64,000 nt of DNA from Streptosporangiaceae bacterium (GTDB lineage Bacteria; Actinomycetota; Actinomycetes; Streptosporangiales; Streptosporangiaceae): contig DASPWG010000267.1 of assembly GCA_035621915.1 (NCBI GenBank), forward strand, positions 415-64,414, given 5' to 3'. A program made the translations under genes and the position numbers. Below the pieces are notes generated by a model. The model did no database searches and was not told the origin of the DNA. It was given only the letters and a program-made list of their open reading frames with translations. Shown here in pieces: positions 28,598-42,740 of the stretch; the first letter of the stretch is position 1; the number at the start of each line of letters is the position of its first letter.

Positions 28598-30454
28598 TTA
28601 CAGCCGCCAGGCCAGGATGCTGCCGTGGCGCATCGTGGGCCGGCCGAGCAGCCGGAGCAGATAAGCGGTCAGCCGCGGCCGGGTCGCGGCATCGGCGATC
28701 ACGGCCGTCGGCCGCCACCAGGACAGCGTTGCCGCCGCCTGCGCACTGGTCATCTTCGGCGCGATCGAGTACTGCCCGGCCCAGTAGTCATCCAGGTAAG
28801 AGGTGAGCAGTGGCACCGCGCCGCCGTCAATGCTCGCACGCCCGTCGTATGCGGGCGGGTAGGTGAACCCGTCGATGTAGCGCTGACTGGGCGAGTAGGG
28901 ACCTTCGTAATAGCCACCGACCAGCGAGATCTGCTGGCCGCTTTCTGCCTCCCAGCGCAGCGCCGCCGTGATCTCATCGGTGGGCACCGGCACCACCAGG
29001 ACCCTGGCCCAGGGACGCAGCCGGAGCGCTGTCAGCGTGGCGGTCCAACCGGGCGGCAGCGGGTCGGCCGGCTGGGCCGGGAGTGGGGCCGGGACCAGCG
29101 GCAGGATCACGGCCGTCACGGCCACGGCGACCACAGCGGCGGCCCAGCCGGTACCTAGCCTGCTGTGGCGCAGCCGGGTCAGGGCACGGTCGATGCCATA
29201 GGCCAGGAGCGCTGCGATGGCGCCGTCGGCGACGATCGACAGCCGGTTGGGCAGGCCCGCGCTCACCAGCGGCACCCGCTCCAGCCAGTGCCACGGCAGG
29301 GCCACCGATGTGAGCGGCGTGGTGCTGGTGAATCTGCCCATCGGCTGCGCGCCGACCGACAGCAGCAGCAGTACGACGGCGGTCACGGCGCAGGCCCTGG
29401 CGGGCAGTTGCCGCCAGCACCAGACGGCAAGCACCGGCAGCGCGACGATCAGCGGCCAGCCGAGATAGGCAAGGTACTCGGGCGGCAGCCCGACGTACTG
29501 CGCAGCCGCAGCGGCGCTGGCGCTGGTATGCAGGAGCTGGAACGACGACGGCGTTACGAAGCCTTCCAGGTAGTTCCGGTAGGAGTCGGGCGCGAACGGG
29601 CTGCCGGTCTCGACCAGCGGCCCGAAGAACTGCCGCTCCAGCGCCAGGCCCGCCAGCACCGCCACGACGCAGGCGCCTACCGCGAGCCCGGGCACCGCCG
29701 AGCGGAGTGCCGCGGCGACGCGCCGTGGCCGGGAGAGGGCCAGCACCACCGCGATCAGGAGCCCGGCCAGCGCGGTATCGCAGAGGATCTCCTCGCCGAT
29801 GAAGACCTGTGCGGCGACCAGCAGCCCGAGCCACAGCCCGCCCTGCAGCGGACGGGCGGTGCGCAGGCACAATCGCAGCCCCGCATCGATGATCAGCGGC
29901 GGCAGGACCGCGAACTGCAGCTGGTAATGGCCCTGCGCGGCGTGCAGCAGAGCTGGCGAGAAGCCGTACACGGCGCCGCCCACCGCGGACGCCGGCAGGC
30001 TAGCGCCGTAGCGCCGCAGGACGTAGCAGAGGCTTGCAGCCGAGCCGGCGAACCCGAGGGTGAGCAGTACCGTGAGGCTGGCCTGCGGGCCGGCCAGGGC
30101 GGTAACCGGCGACAGCAGCGCGCCGGGCAGCAGCAAGGTGGTGTTCCACATCATGCTGATGCCGCGCGGGGCATTCATCGCCGTCGTCACGAGCGAGGGC
30201 AGATGACCGTGCAGCATCGCTATTGCCTCGTAGCGCATAAACCACGCGAACTGCGCATTGTCCCTGCGGTTACCCGCCACCGTCGCCGTGCCGGGATTGG
30301 CCCACAGGCGCCAGGTCACGACCACGGCGGCGGCAAGGTAGCCGGCATAAACCAGCGCAGGCGCCCAGGACCGCGCGCTGGCGGTGTCAGTGACGCCACC
30401 GGCTGAGGCGGCTGAGGCCGGCGCGGCCGAGGTGACGGTCACCCTGCGGGCCAT
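28598..30454 (-). CDS. polytopic membrane protein with an extracytoplasmic C-terminal domain (possible GT-C-type glycosyltransferase)
   Basis: 618 aa with more than 10 hydrophobic segments and a ~150-aa soluble C-terminus. I recognise no diagnostic motif. The function call is inference from topology and from the DUF2079 neighbour. Confidence 0.5.
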   Translation of the reverse strand: MARRVTVTSAAPASAASAGGVTDTASARSWAPALVYAGYLAAAVVVTWRLWANPGTATVAGNRRDNAQFAWFMRYEAIAMLHGHLPSLVTTAMNAPRGISMMWNTTLLLPGALLSPVTALAGPQASLTVLLTLGFAGSAASLCYVLRRYGASLPASAVGGAVYGFSPALLHAAQGHYQLQFAVLPPLIIDAGLRLCLRTARPLQGGLWLGLLVAAQVFIGEEILCDTALAGLLIAVVLALSRPRRVAAALRSAVPGLAVGACVVAVLAGLALERQFFGPLVETGSPFAPDSYRNYLEGFVTPSSFQLLHTSASAAAAAQYVGLPPEYLAYLGWPLIVALPVLAVWCWRQLPARACAVTAVVLLLLSVGAQPMGRFTSTTPLTSVALPWHWLERVPLVSAGLPNRLSIVADGAIAALLAYGIDRALTRLRHSRLGTGWAAAVVAVAVTAVILPLVPAPLPAQPADPLPPGWTATLTALRLRPWARVLVVPVPTDEITAALRWEAESGQQISLVGGYYEGPYSPSQRYIDGFTYPPAYDGRASIDGGAVPLLTSYLDDYWAGQYSIAPKMTSAQAAATLSWWRPTAVIADAATRPRLTAYLLRLLGRPTMRHGSILAWRL

Positions 30455-30472
30455 GCCCTCCAGCTCCGGAAG

Positions 30473-32128
30473 CTAGCGAACGTGGATGAATACGTACACG
30501 CCATTACTGGCGTAGATCTGCCGGAACTTCGCGCCATGCTCAAGCTCCTCGACGAAGGCAAGGACGTTCGTCGGCGGCGGCTGCCAGTCGGTGCTTTGGG
30601 TGTCGAACACGACGTACTGAGTTACCGGATTAGTAGCGTAGTTCCCCAGCCAGTACGTGTTAGTCCGCGCCGCTAGCGGCGCCAGCAGGTCCAGGTCGGT
30701 AGCGACCTGCGCGCCGTTCGGCACCTTGGCCATCGCGGCGTTCTCAGCCGCGACGTGCGGACCTAGGTAATAGGTACCAGGCGTCCATAGTTCGCTGAGC
30801 GGGAACTGGAACGCCAGGGCAGCGCAGACCGCCAGCATGGCGGCCGCGCCGTAGTGCTCCATCGCGTAACCCAGCCTGAGCTCGCGCGGCCGGCCAGCCC
30901 CGGCCGGCCGGCCCTGCCTGCCCGCCCGCCTGGCCCTCAGCCGGGCCATCGCGTCAATCGCGGCGATGAAGACGATCGGCATCACGGTGGCGTTGTAGTG
31001 CCATTGCGTGCCCCAGTAGGCGGGATTCTCCCCGATGAAGCGCAGCAGCAGGCTCGGCAGTGCCGCAAGTACAAGCGGCGAGCGCAGCGCGATGAACGCG
31101 GTCGGCAGCAGAATGAGCGCGAGCGTCGGCAGCTTGGTCGAGGCTCCATCACTGAGCCTGGCCCAGAGCCCGCCGATGGCGAAGTGACCGTTCACCGGGT
31201 TGAGGGCACCGGCCTGCATCCAGTAGGCGTAAGTATGGTCCGGATTGAAGTGCGGGATGATCACCAGTATTGCGAGGAATGACCAGAACAGCCCCCACCC
31301 GGCAAGGAACAGGCCAAGGCCTCGCTCTCGGTAGCTGAACGCGATGATGAGGCCGATCGCAGCAAGCGTGAAGCCCTGGTCCTCCTTCACGAACACCAGC
31401 GGCAGCGCCCACATCACAGCCGCCCACGTCTTCCGCCTGACCAGCGCGGACAGCGAGAACGCGAGCAGTGGGACGGCGAAGGCGATCTCGTGGAAGTCGT
31501 AGCTGATCATCTGCTGCAGGCCCCACGAGAAGCCGTACGCGGCGCTGATGGCCCGCCCGGCCCCGACGCCGAGCAACTCCGCGCCGGCCCGGTAGACCGG
31601 CAGCACCGAGATCGCGGTGAGCAGTGCCTGGGCCACGAGCAGCGTGGCAGAGGTGGGAAACAGCCGGAAGAACGGCGCGAGCACCGCGACGATCGGGTGG
31701 AAGTGGTCGCCCAGCAGGTCGAACCCGGCTCCCCTGATGTTGACGATCGGGGCCTGCAGGTGCGCGTACTGCTTGACGTACTCGGTGAAGATGCCGAGGT
31801 CCCACGAGGTCGGGTCACGGCGCAGATACCGGAAGACGGAGATAAGGGTGTAGGCCGCGAAGACAGCAAGTGCGATCAGCCACGGGACCCGGTCGCCGCC
31901 AAGCCAGGCCCGCCAGGCCCTCGGCCTGGCTGGACGCGAGGCCCGCGCCGGGACGGCAGGCGTCGCGCCCTCGCCCTCCTGCTGCGCGGGCGGCGGCGGG
32001 GTCACCTCGCCGGCCCGATCGGGCAGGCTCGTAAGCCGCGCGACCTCGTCTGCGGGAGATCCGTCGAGCGGCACTGCCGGTCCTTCCTGCCGATCGGTGC
32101 CGGGCGAGCCGGACCCAGAGACGATCAT
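30473..32128 (-). CDS. DUF2079 domain-containing integral membrane protein
   Basis: FTEYVKQYAHLQAPIVNIRGAGFDLLGDHFHPIVAVLAPFFRLFP resembles the DUF2079 core. Polytopic. The N-terminal ~70 aa is P/A-rich. Confidence 0.7.
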   Translation of the reverse strand: MIVSGSGSPGTDRQEGPAVPLDGSPADEVARLTSLPDRAGEVTPPPPAQQEGEGATPAVPARASRPARPRAWRAWLGGDRVPWLIALAVFAAYTLISVFRYLRRDPTSWDLGIFTEYVKQYAHLQAPIVNIRGAGFDLLGDHFHPIVAVLAPFFRLFPTSATLLVAQALLTAISVLPVYRAGAELLGVGAGRAISAAYGFSWGLQQMISYDFHEIAFAVPLLAFSLSALVRRKTWAAVMWALPLVFVKEDQGFTLAAIGLIIAFSYRERGLGLFLAGWGLFWSFLAILVIIPHFNPDHTYAYWMQAGALNPVNGHFAIGGLWARLSDGASTKLPTLALILLPTAFIALRSPLVLAALPSLLLRFIGENPAYWGTQWHYNATVMPIVFIAAIDAMARLRARRAGRQGRPAGAGRPRELRLGYAMEHYGAAAMLAVCAALAFQFPLSELWTPGTYYLGPHVAAENAAMAKVPNGAQVATDLDLLAPLAARTNTYWLGNYATNPVTQYVVFDTQSTDWQPPPTNVLAFVEELEHGAKFRQIYASNGVYVFIHVR

Positions 32129-32316
32129 GCTTGCCTCTCCGCGGCTGGTCCCGCGACGACTGACTCAGATTCTTGGTCGCCGACTGCTATTTCAGCCGGC
32201 CGGGCCGGCCGGCTTGGGTAGTAGTGCAACGGTACCTGCGCGGAGCCGCCCCTGCCCTGCCGTAGCCGTGGCCGCGCCGCCGGACGGGCCGCGGGCATAA
32301 ATCTGCGCTTCAGATA

Positions 32317-32337
32317 GTTGAGCCAAGCAGACTCAAG
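32317..32337 (+). promoter_or_regulatory. HAIR (HspR-associated inverted repeat) operator 1
   Basis: gTTGAGC-CAAGCAG-ACTCAAG compared with the consensus CTTGAGT-N7-ACTCAAG. About 85 bp upstream of dnaK. Confidence 0.8.
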
Positions 32338-32368
32338 TCACTTGCCAGGGCTGCCACGCCATGGCAAA

Positions 32369-32389
32369 CTTGAGCCGTCAAGACTCAAT
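32369..32389 (+). promoter_or_regulatory. HAIR operator 2
   Basis: CTTGAGC-CGTCAAG-ACTCAAT, about 33 bp upstream of the dnaK ATG. Confidence 0.8.
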
Positions 32390-32421
32390 ATTCAAGCACT
32401 AGCAGCACAAGGACTGGACAC

Positions 32422-34286
<1,865 letters not shown>

Positions 34287-34287
<1 letters not shown>

Positions 34288-35144
34288 TGAGCCCGACAGA
34301 AGACGAGGGCCAGGGCCCTGTCATCCGAGATCGCAGGCGGATCGACCCAGTCACCGGCCAGGTACGCGACCACGCTGAGCCCAGTCCGCAGCCTCCCGGC
34401 CCGCACCGCGGGCCGGGAGGGGCGGCCGGGCAGGGCAGCCAGCCCAGGCCAGGACGCCACTCGGCATCCGCGCCTGGCGGGTACGGCGCTGCCGCGACCA
34501 GGCTCGCCGCGCCGGGCCGGGCGGAGCCAGAAGGCGGGCAGCCAAGGGCCGGGCAGGCCGGGCAGGGCGCCGGGACCGGTGCGGGCCCGGCCGGTGCCGG
34601 TGGCCCGGCCGACGGCGGCCGTGACGAGAAGACCGCCGCGATGCTGGCGGAGCGGACTGCCGACCTCCAGCGGCTGCAGGCCGAGTACGCCAACTACCGC
34701 AAGCGGGTAGAGCGGGACCGGCTCGCCGTCCGCGAGCAGGCACTGGCCAACGTGCTCAACGAACTGCTGCCTGTCCTTGATGACATCGGCAGGGCCCGCG
34801 AGCACGGCGAGCTGTCCGGCGGCTTCAAGTCCGTCGCCGAGTCGCTCGAGGGCATTGTCAGCAAGCTCGGCCTGACCGCGTTCGGCGAGAACGGCGATCC
34901 GTTCGACCCCACGCTGCACGAGGCACTCATGCACGAGTACTCGGGCGATGTCACCGAGACCACCTGCGTCCGGATACTGCAGCCGGGCTACAAGGTCGGC
35001 GACCGGATCATCCGGCCCGCCAGGGTCGCAGTCGCCGAACCGGAGTCGGCTAGTGCCGCTCCGGCCGGCGATGGCGAGAGCGAGCAGGGCATGCCGGCTG
35101 ACGACGGCGGAGCCGCCAGGGGCGCCGGGGACGACGACGCCTGA
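34287..35144 (+). CDS. grpE: nucleotide exchange factor GrpE (with a ~110-aa low-complexity N-terminal extension)
   Basis: LQRLQAEYANYRKRVERD...FDPTLHEALMH...GYKVGDRIIRPARV. The ATG overlaps the dnaK TGA by 1 nt. Confidence 0.93.
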
Positions 35145-35171
35145 GATTAGACAGCGCACGAAAGAGGCCCG

Positions 35172-36335
35172 TTGAGCACCAGGGATTTCCTCGAGAAGGA
35201 TTACTACAAGACACTTGGGGTGACCAAGGGCGCGTCCGCTGACGACATCAAGAAGGCGTACCGCAAGCTCGCCCGCAAGTACCACCCCGACGCTAACGAG
35301 GGGGACGCCAAGGCCGAGGAGCGCTTCAAGGAGATCTCGGAGGCCTACAACGTCCTCTCCGACGACAAGCGGCGCAAGGAGTACGACGAGGCGCGCACTC
35401 TGTTCGGCGGCGGGCCGCGGATGCCGGGCTCGGGCGGGCAGACCGGCGGCTACAGCTTCGACCTTGGCGACCTGTTCGGCGGCTCTGGCGGCAGCGGCGC
35501 TGGCGGCCGGCTGGGCGACCTGCTCGGCGGCGTGTTCGGCAACCGCGGCGGCACCAGCACCGCCCAGACGCGGCCGCGCCGCGGCGCGGACGTCGAGACT
35601 GAGACGTCGCTGCCATTCAGCGATGCGATCGAGGGATCGACAGTCTCGCTGCGGCTGACCGGGGAAGGCGCCTGCAAGGACTGCATGGGAACTGGCGCCA
35701 AGGCCGGCACCGTACCGCGGGTCTGCCCGACCTGTGAGGGCACCGGCCAGGGCAGCCGCAACCTCGGAAGCTTCGCGTTCTCCGAGCCCTGCAAGACCTG
35801 CCGTGGCCGTGGCCTGGTAGTCGACGATCCGTGCCCGACGTGCTCGGGCAGCGGCCGGGCGATGAGCACCAGGACGATCCAGGCCAGGATCCCGGCCGGG
35901 GTGGCCGACGGCCAGCGGATCAAGATCGCTGGCAAGGGCGCGCCTGGCGAGCGCGGCGGACCGGCGGGCGACCTCTACGTCCGCGTGCACGTGCAGCCGC
36001 ACCCGGTCTTCGGCCGTTCGGGTCACAACCTGACCCTGACCGTGCCGGTGACCGTCGCCGAGGCGGCGCTGGGCGCCGAGATCAAGGTGCCCTCGCACCA
36101 TGGCATGCCAGTCAGCCTGCGGATCCCGGCCGGTACTCCGAACGGCCGCACCTTCCGCGTCCGCGGCAAGGGGGTCCGGCGCAAGGACGGCACGACCGGC
36201 GACCTGCTCGTCACCGTCAACGTCCAGGTGCCGACCCAGCTGAACGACAAGGCCAAGGAGGCGCTGGAGGCATTCAGGGACGCGACCGCTGGCCCGGACC
36301 CGCGCGGCGAACTGCTGCGCCAGGCCAACGCGTAA
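35172..36335 (+). CDS. dnaJ: molecular chaperone DnaJ
   Basis: DYYKTLGV...[16 protein letters not shown] (J domain), a G-rich linker, and four CxxCxGxG zinc motifs. TTG start after AAGAGG. Confidence 0.95.
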   Translation: MSTRDFLEKDYYKTLGVTKGASADDIKKAYRKLARKYHPDANEGDAKAEERFKEISEAYNVLSDDKRRKEYDEARTLFGGGPRMPGSGGQTGGYSFDLGDLFGGSGGSGAGGRLGDLLGGVFGNRGGTSTAQTRPRRGADVETETSLPFSDAIEGSTVSLRLTGEGACKDCMGTGAKAGTVPRVCPTCEGTGQGSRNLGSFAFSEPCKTCRGRGLVVDDPCPTCSGSGRAMSTRTIQARIPAGVADGQRIKIAGKGAPGERGGPAGDLYVRVHVQPHPVFGRSGHNLTLTVPVTVAEAALGAEIKVPSHHGMPVSLRIPAGTPNGRTFRVRGKGVRRKDGTTGDLLVTVNVQVPTQLNDKAKEALEAFRDATAGPDPRGELLRQANA

Positions 36336-36362
36336 GCACGCTAGCTACCGAAGGGAGATGAC

Positions 36363-36920
36363 ATGACCAGCCAGTTCGAGCTCACCGATGACACGCCTGT
36401 CTATGTCATCTCGGTCGCGGCCCAGCTGTCCGGCCTGCACCCGCAGACGCTGCGTGCCTATGACCGCCTCGGCCTGGTGTCGCCGGGCCGGGCGGCCGGC
36501 CGCGGGCGCCGCTACTCGCTGCGCGACGTGCTGATCCTGCGCGAGGTCCAGCGGCTGTCCCAGGAAGAGGGCATCAACCTCAACGGGATCAAGCGCATCC
36601 TCGAGCTGCAGCTGGCCGAGCAGCGCAGCAGGCTCCGGCTTGCGGAGCTGACCGCGGAGGTCAGCCAGCTGCGGGCGGAGCTCGAATCGACCAGGGCCGT
36701 GGCGGCCAGGCTGGCGAACCTCGTGCGCAGCCGTTCCGAAGGCGGCACGCTCGTGCCGGTGCGCGACGGCGGCGCCGGGCGGCAGGCGTCCGCATCTGAC
36801 CATGGCGGCGAGGCGGGCGTGCCGGTCGCGCCGGACACCGCGGCCGGGCTCGGCCACAGCCAGCGCGGCATCACCGACGGCCGGCCCGCCGCCGCGTCCG
36901 GGCAAGCCGATTTTGGCTAA
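36363..36920 (+). CDS. hspR: heat-shock transcriptional repressor HspR (MerR family)
   Basis: VYVISVAAQLSGLHPQTLRAYDRLGLVSPGR...RRYSLRDVLILREVQRL. Occupies the last position of the dnaK operon. Confidence 0.92.
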   Translation: MTSQFELTDDTPVYVISVAAQLSGLHPQTLRAYDRLGLVSPGRAAGRGRRYSLRDVLILREVQRLSQEEGINLNGIKRILELQLAEQRSRLRLAELTAEVSQLRAELESTRAVAARLANLVRSRSEGGTLVPVRDGGAGRQASASDHGGEAGVPVAPDTAAGLGHSQRGITDGRPAAASGQADFG

Positions 36921-37007
36921 GTGCCCTGACGCAGGCCCTGCGGACTCGGCTAGCCGGGCCGCATCACGTTTCCTACGAATCTGAACTATCTCCAGGAGAG
37001 ATTTTCA

Positions 37008-39641
<2,634 letters not shown>

Positions 39642-39704
39642 CCCAGCACCGCACGAGAGGCGCCCTGCCCAGCACAAGTCAGCGGCTTTGCGAAGGTCGT
39701 CGGT

Positions 39705-40310
39705 CTAAGACTCGTCGAGCATGTGATCGTAGGCATCCTCGGGCAGCCCGAGGTCGTTGCGGATCCGGTAGCGCAGGCTGAGCAGCAGGCGCAGTTCTGA
39801 CCTGTCGCCGGCCGGGGAGCGCCGGGGCCGGCCGGGATCCGCGGCCGCCTGCTCATCCGCGGGCCCTGGCTGGCGCAGGCACTGCTCCACGCCGACTGTC
39901 GCCCACTCGAGGGCGGCAGGCAGTTCGCCCCGCTCCACCAGAAGCTCGGCGACCATATCGCAGATTCGCGGATCAGGCTGGCCTTCATTCTTGAGCCTGC
40001 TAATGATCGCCTGCGCTTCCGCGTCTCGGCCAAGCTGGAAAAGAGCGCGGGCGAGCGGAACGCACGGCTCCAAGAAAAAGGGCCCGCCCGCTGCCATTGC
40101 ACGGCGAAAGCAGATAACTGCCTCGGCTGGCTCGTCCGCCAGCATCCATTGCTCGCCGGCCCGAAGAAACGCCTCGGCCTGCGGCATCTCGGCGGCCTGC
40201 GAGGCAGTTGCGGCCAGGCTGGTCATCTGCCGTGCCGCTGACGCATGATCACCACTTGCGGCTGCGTCGAATTCAATAGAGTCAAATTCCTCGCGGCTCG
40301 ATGCAGACAC
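39705..40310 (-). CDS. hypothetical protein, TPR-like helical repeats
   Basis: 201 aa, helix-rich, with repeated A-x-x-x-F/L-x-x-A patterns (AEAFLRAGEQWMLADEPAEAVICFRRAMAAG...ARALFQLGRDAEAQAII). No catalytic motif. Lies 117 bp downstream of the NYN gene on the same strand. Confidence 0.5.
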   Translation of the reverse strand: MSASSREEFDSIEFDAAASGDHASAARQMTSLAATASQAAEMPQAEAFLRAGEQWMLADEPAEAVICFRRAMAAGGPFFLEPCVPLARALFQLGRDAEAQAIISRLKNEGQPDPRICDMVAELLVERGELPAALEWATVGVEQCLRQPGPADEQAAADPGRPRRSPAGDRSELRLLLSLRYRIRNDLGLPEDAYDHMLDES

Positions 40311-40427
40311 GGTCCCTACCGTACCCAGGAGCGCGTGTTTCGAGCGGGCAACGTCTGACTAGTAATGGCTTTGTGACCGGCGAGGAATGCCTCGCGGAAA
40401 TCTGCAATTTGCACATCGCGCAATTGA

Positions 40428-42740
40428 TCAGCGGCGCGACCGCTCCAGCGCATCCCAGAATCCGCGCCGCAGCGCGTGCCTTACCTCGTCATGCAGCAAC
40501 GAGTCGATCGGCAGTGCCGAGCCCTGCAGCAGCCTGGCCTCCAGATCCGACGGCATCCTGGGCTTGCGGGCCAGCACCGCCTCCAGCCACAGTGCCGGAG
40601 CGTCCCTGGCAACGGCCTCGCCGAATCCGAAGCCCTCGGCGTGCGCCGACTGCACGGCATCGCCGACGGAGATGGCCGCTGGCGGCTGACTGACCGGCGC
40701 CGGCTGTGGCAGGCCGCCGTAAGGCGCAGGGGCATAAGGCGCGCCGTACTGGCCTGCGTGCGCCTGACCGCCGAACTGGCCGACCCGGTCCGGCGGATAC
40801 TGCAGACCGCCGGCGGGATTCTGCCGTTGCTGCGCCGCTCGCTGCGGGTCCATGGGTACCAGGCCGTTCTGCCCGGTTCCGGATCCGAGTCCTGACGCTT
40901 GCCGCCCGAGTCCCTGCGGCTGCACGGTGCCGGGCATGGGCTGGCCAGGGGGCAGCCCGTGCTGCGGGCCCTGTCCGGAGTGGAGGCCCTGTCCCGGTGC
41001 CAAGCCCTGGCCTGGCTGCATTGGGTGTCCCTGCGCTCCTGGCTGGAGCGGCTGACCGGGACTGCCCGGTCGTGCAGGCAGACCGGAGCCAGTTCCCTGG
41101 CCTGGGGCATGGCCAGGCCGGGAAGGCAGGTTCGGCTGAGTGACGTGACCCGGCTGACGAACAGGACCGGCCTGCTCACCGGACATGCTGAAGTCCCCGC
41201 CCGGTGCTGACCCGTAGCCGCCTGGTGCTGAGCCATAGCCGCCGGGAGCTGAGCCATAGCCGCCGGGCGGCACGCCATTCTGTGAGCCGCCGCTCAGCGG
41301 CGGAACACCAGCGTGCGGTAGCCCGCCGGCTGGCAGGCCGCTCTGGGCCGCGCCATTCGGCGGTGTCACCCCGTTCTGGCCGGACACGCTGTGCTGGGGC
41401 AGCCCAGCCTGGCCGATGGGCTGGCCAGGCAGACCTCCGCCGGCGCGGCTCAGGCCGTTCCCGCTGTGAGCCTGGTCGGAACCGTAGCCGTTCTGCACGT
41501 AACCGGGCTGAGCATGGCCGGCCTCACCCGAGGCCGGACCGCGCCCCTGGTCTGGCACCTGGTACTGCGCCGACGCTTCCTGGCTGCGATAGGCCGATGC
41601 CGACGGCATGCCCTCGAGCTGATCCGTCGCGCCGGCAAACCTCGGGTCCGGCTGGCGCTGCGGTGGCTGCTGCCGGGCCGCCTGCTGCTCCCGCAGAGCC
41701 GCCGCCTGCTGCTCGCGCTGTGCTGCCTGCTGTTCCCGCAGGGCTTCTTGCTGCCGCAGTGCTTCCTGCTGCCGCTGCGCTTCTTGCCGCGCTGCCTCTT
41801 GCTGCCGCGCTGCCTCCTGCTGCCGCGCTGCTTCCTGCTGCTGCCGCAGAGCCTCTTCCTGCTGCTGGCGCTGTGCTTCCTCTTGCTGCTGGCGCAGTGC
41901 TTCCTGCTGCTGACGCAGTGCTTGCTGCCGCTGTGCTTCCTGCTGCTGCCGCTGTGCTTCTTGCTGCTGGCGCAGTGCCGCCTGCTGCTCGCGCAGTGCC
42001 GCCTGCTGCTCGCGCCCGGCGCCCGCGAGCTGGGCCGGCTCGAAGTCGGCCGTGACAGGCGACGGGTAGAGCTGTGGCACCGGCGCCGCGATTGCTGGCT
42101 GCTGCGGCGCGGCCTGCACCTGAGTTCCGCCTGCCGTAGCGCCCGAGGGCAGCTCACGGAAGCTGCTGCTTGCCAGCTGCGCCTCCCGGCTGGCAGGCTC
42201 GGCGCCCGGAATGAGATCGACGTAGGGGCGCAGGTGCGCCGCGGCGAGGTCGATGAGGTCGTCGCACTCCTGGCGGAGCGAGCGGGAAATGGCCCAGTTG
42301 CCGTCCGCGCTAACGTGCAGCAGGATGGCGCGGACTCCGAGATCCTGGACCTCGGCGATGACCGGCGCGAGATCCTCTTCGGCGCTGACGATGACGGCGT
42401 CGCTGATCGCTCGGTTGCGGGCGAGGGCGGACAGGTCCTTGCGGATCTCCGCCTCGACGCCCTCCTTGCGGCTCGGCCTGACCTTGCTGAGCCGCAGCTT
42501 GACGCCGGGCACATCAGCCAGCGTGTCATGCTCGGCAGCGCGGCCGCCGTCGGCGACCGTGTCGTACCAGTAACAGCGAAGCAGCGGCAGGCCGGTGCGG
42601 TCCCTGGACAGCCCGCCGAGCAGCTTGAGGAGGCCCGCATAGTCCCAGGAAACCGAGTCTCGGTTGCGAGTGCCGTGGACAGCCTGTGCGCCTTCGGCCA
42701 GCACATAGCCCGCGTCCACGAACAGCGCGCAGCGATCCAA
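40428..42740 (-). CDS. NYN (LabA/DUF88, PIN-like) domain protein with a ~500-aa low-complexity linker and a small conserved-looking C-terminal domain
   Basis: The N-terminal ~175 aa (CALFVDAGYVL...LRCYWYD...VIVSAEEDLAPVIAEVQDLGVRAILL) matches the LabA-like NYN pattern. It is followed by a Q/E/A/R coiled-coil repeat, a G/P/Q-rich region including (GGYGSAP)x3, and an ~80-aa C-terminal globular segment. Confidence 0.7.
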   Translation of the reverse strand: MDRCALFVDAGYVLAEGAQAVHGTRNRDSVSWDYAGLLKLLGGLSRDRTGLPLLRCYWYDTVADGGRAAEHDTLADVPGVKLRLSKVRPSRKEGVEAEIRKDLSALARNRAISDAVIVSAEEDLAPVIAEVQDLGVRAILLHVSADGNWAISRSLRQECDDLIDLAAAHLRPYVDLIPGAEPASREAQLASSSFRELPSGATAGGTQVQAAPQQPAIAAPVPQLYPSPVTADFEPAQLAGAGREQQAALREQQAALRQQQEAQRQQQEAQRQQALRQQQEALRQQQEEAQRQQQEEALRQQQEAARQQEAARQQEAARQEAQRQQEALRQQEALREQQAAQREQQAAALREQQAARQQPPQRQPDPRFAGATDQLEGMPSASAYRSQEASAQYQVPDQGRGPASGEAGHAQPGYVQNGYGSDQAHSGNGLSRAGGGLPGQPIGQAGLPQHSVSGQNGVTPPNGAAQSGLPAGGLPHAGVPPLSGGSQNGVPPGGYGSAPGGYGSAPGGYGSAPGGDFSMSGEQAGPVRQPGHVTQPNLPSRPGHAPGQGTGSGLPARPGSPGQPLQPGAQGHPMQPGQGLAPGQGLHSGQGPQHGLPPGQPMPGTVQPQGLGRQASGLGSGTGQNGLVPMDPQRAAQQRQNPAGGLQYPPDRVGQFGGQAHAGQYGAPYAPAPYGGLPQPAPVSQPPAAISVGDAVQSAHAEGFGFGEAVARDAPALWLEAVLARKPRMPSDLEARLLQGSALPIDSLLHDEVRHALRRGFWDALERSRR
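41660..42012 (-). repeat. in-frame degenerate repeat encoding (Q-Q-E-A-x-R)n inside the NYN gene
   Basis: The DNA shows reiterated ctgctgc(c/g)gc(a/g)(g/c)tgcttcc units. Translation: REQQAALREQQAALRQQQEAQRQQQEAQRQQALRQQQEALRQQQEEAQRQQQEEALRQQQEAARQQEAARQQEAARQEAQRQQEALRQQEALREQQAAQREQQAAALREQQAARQQ. Confidence 0.8.
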
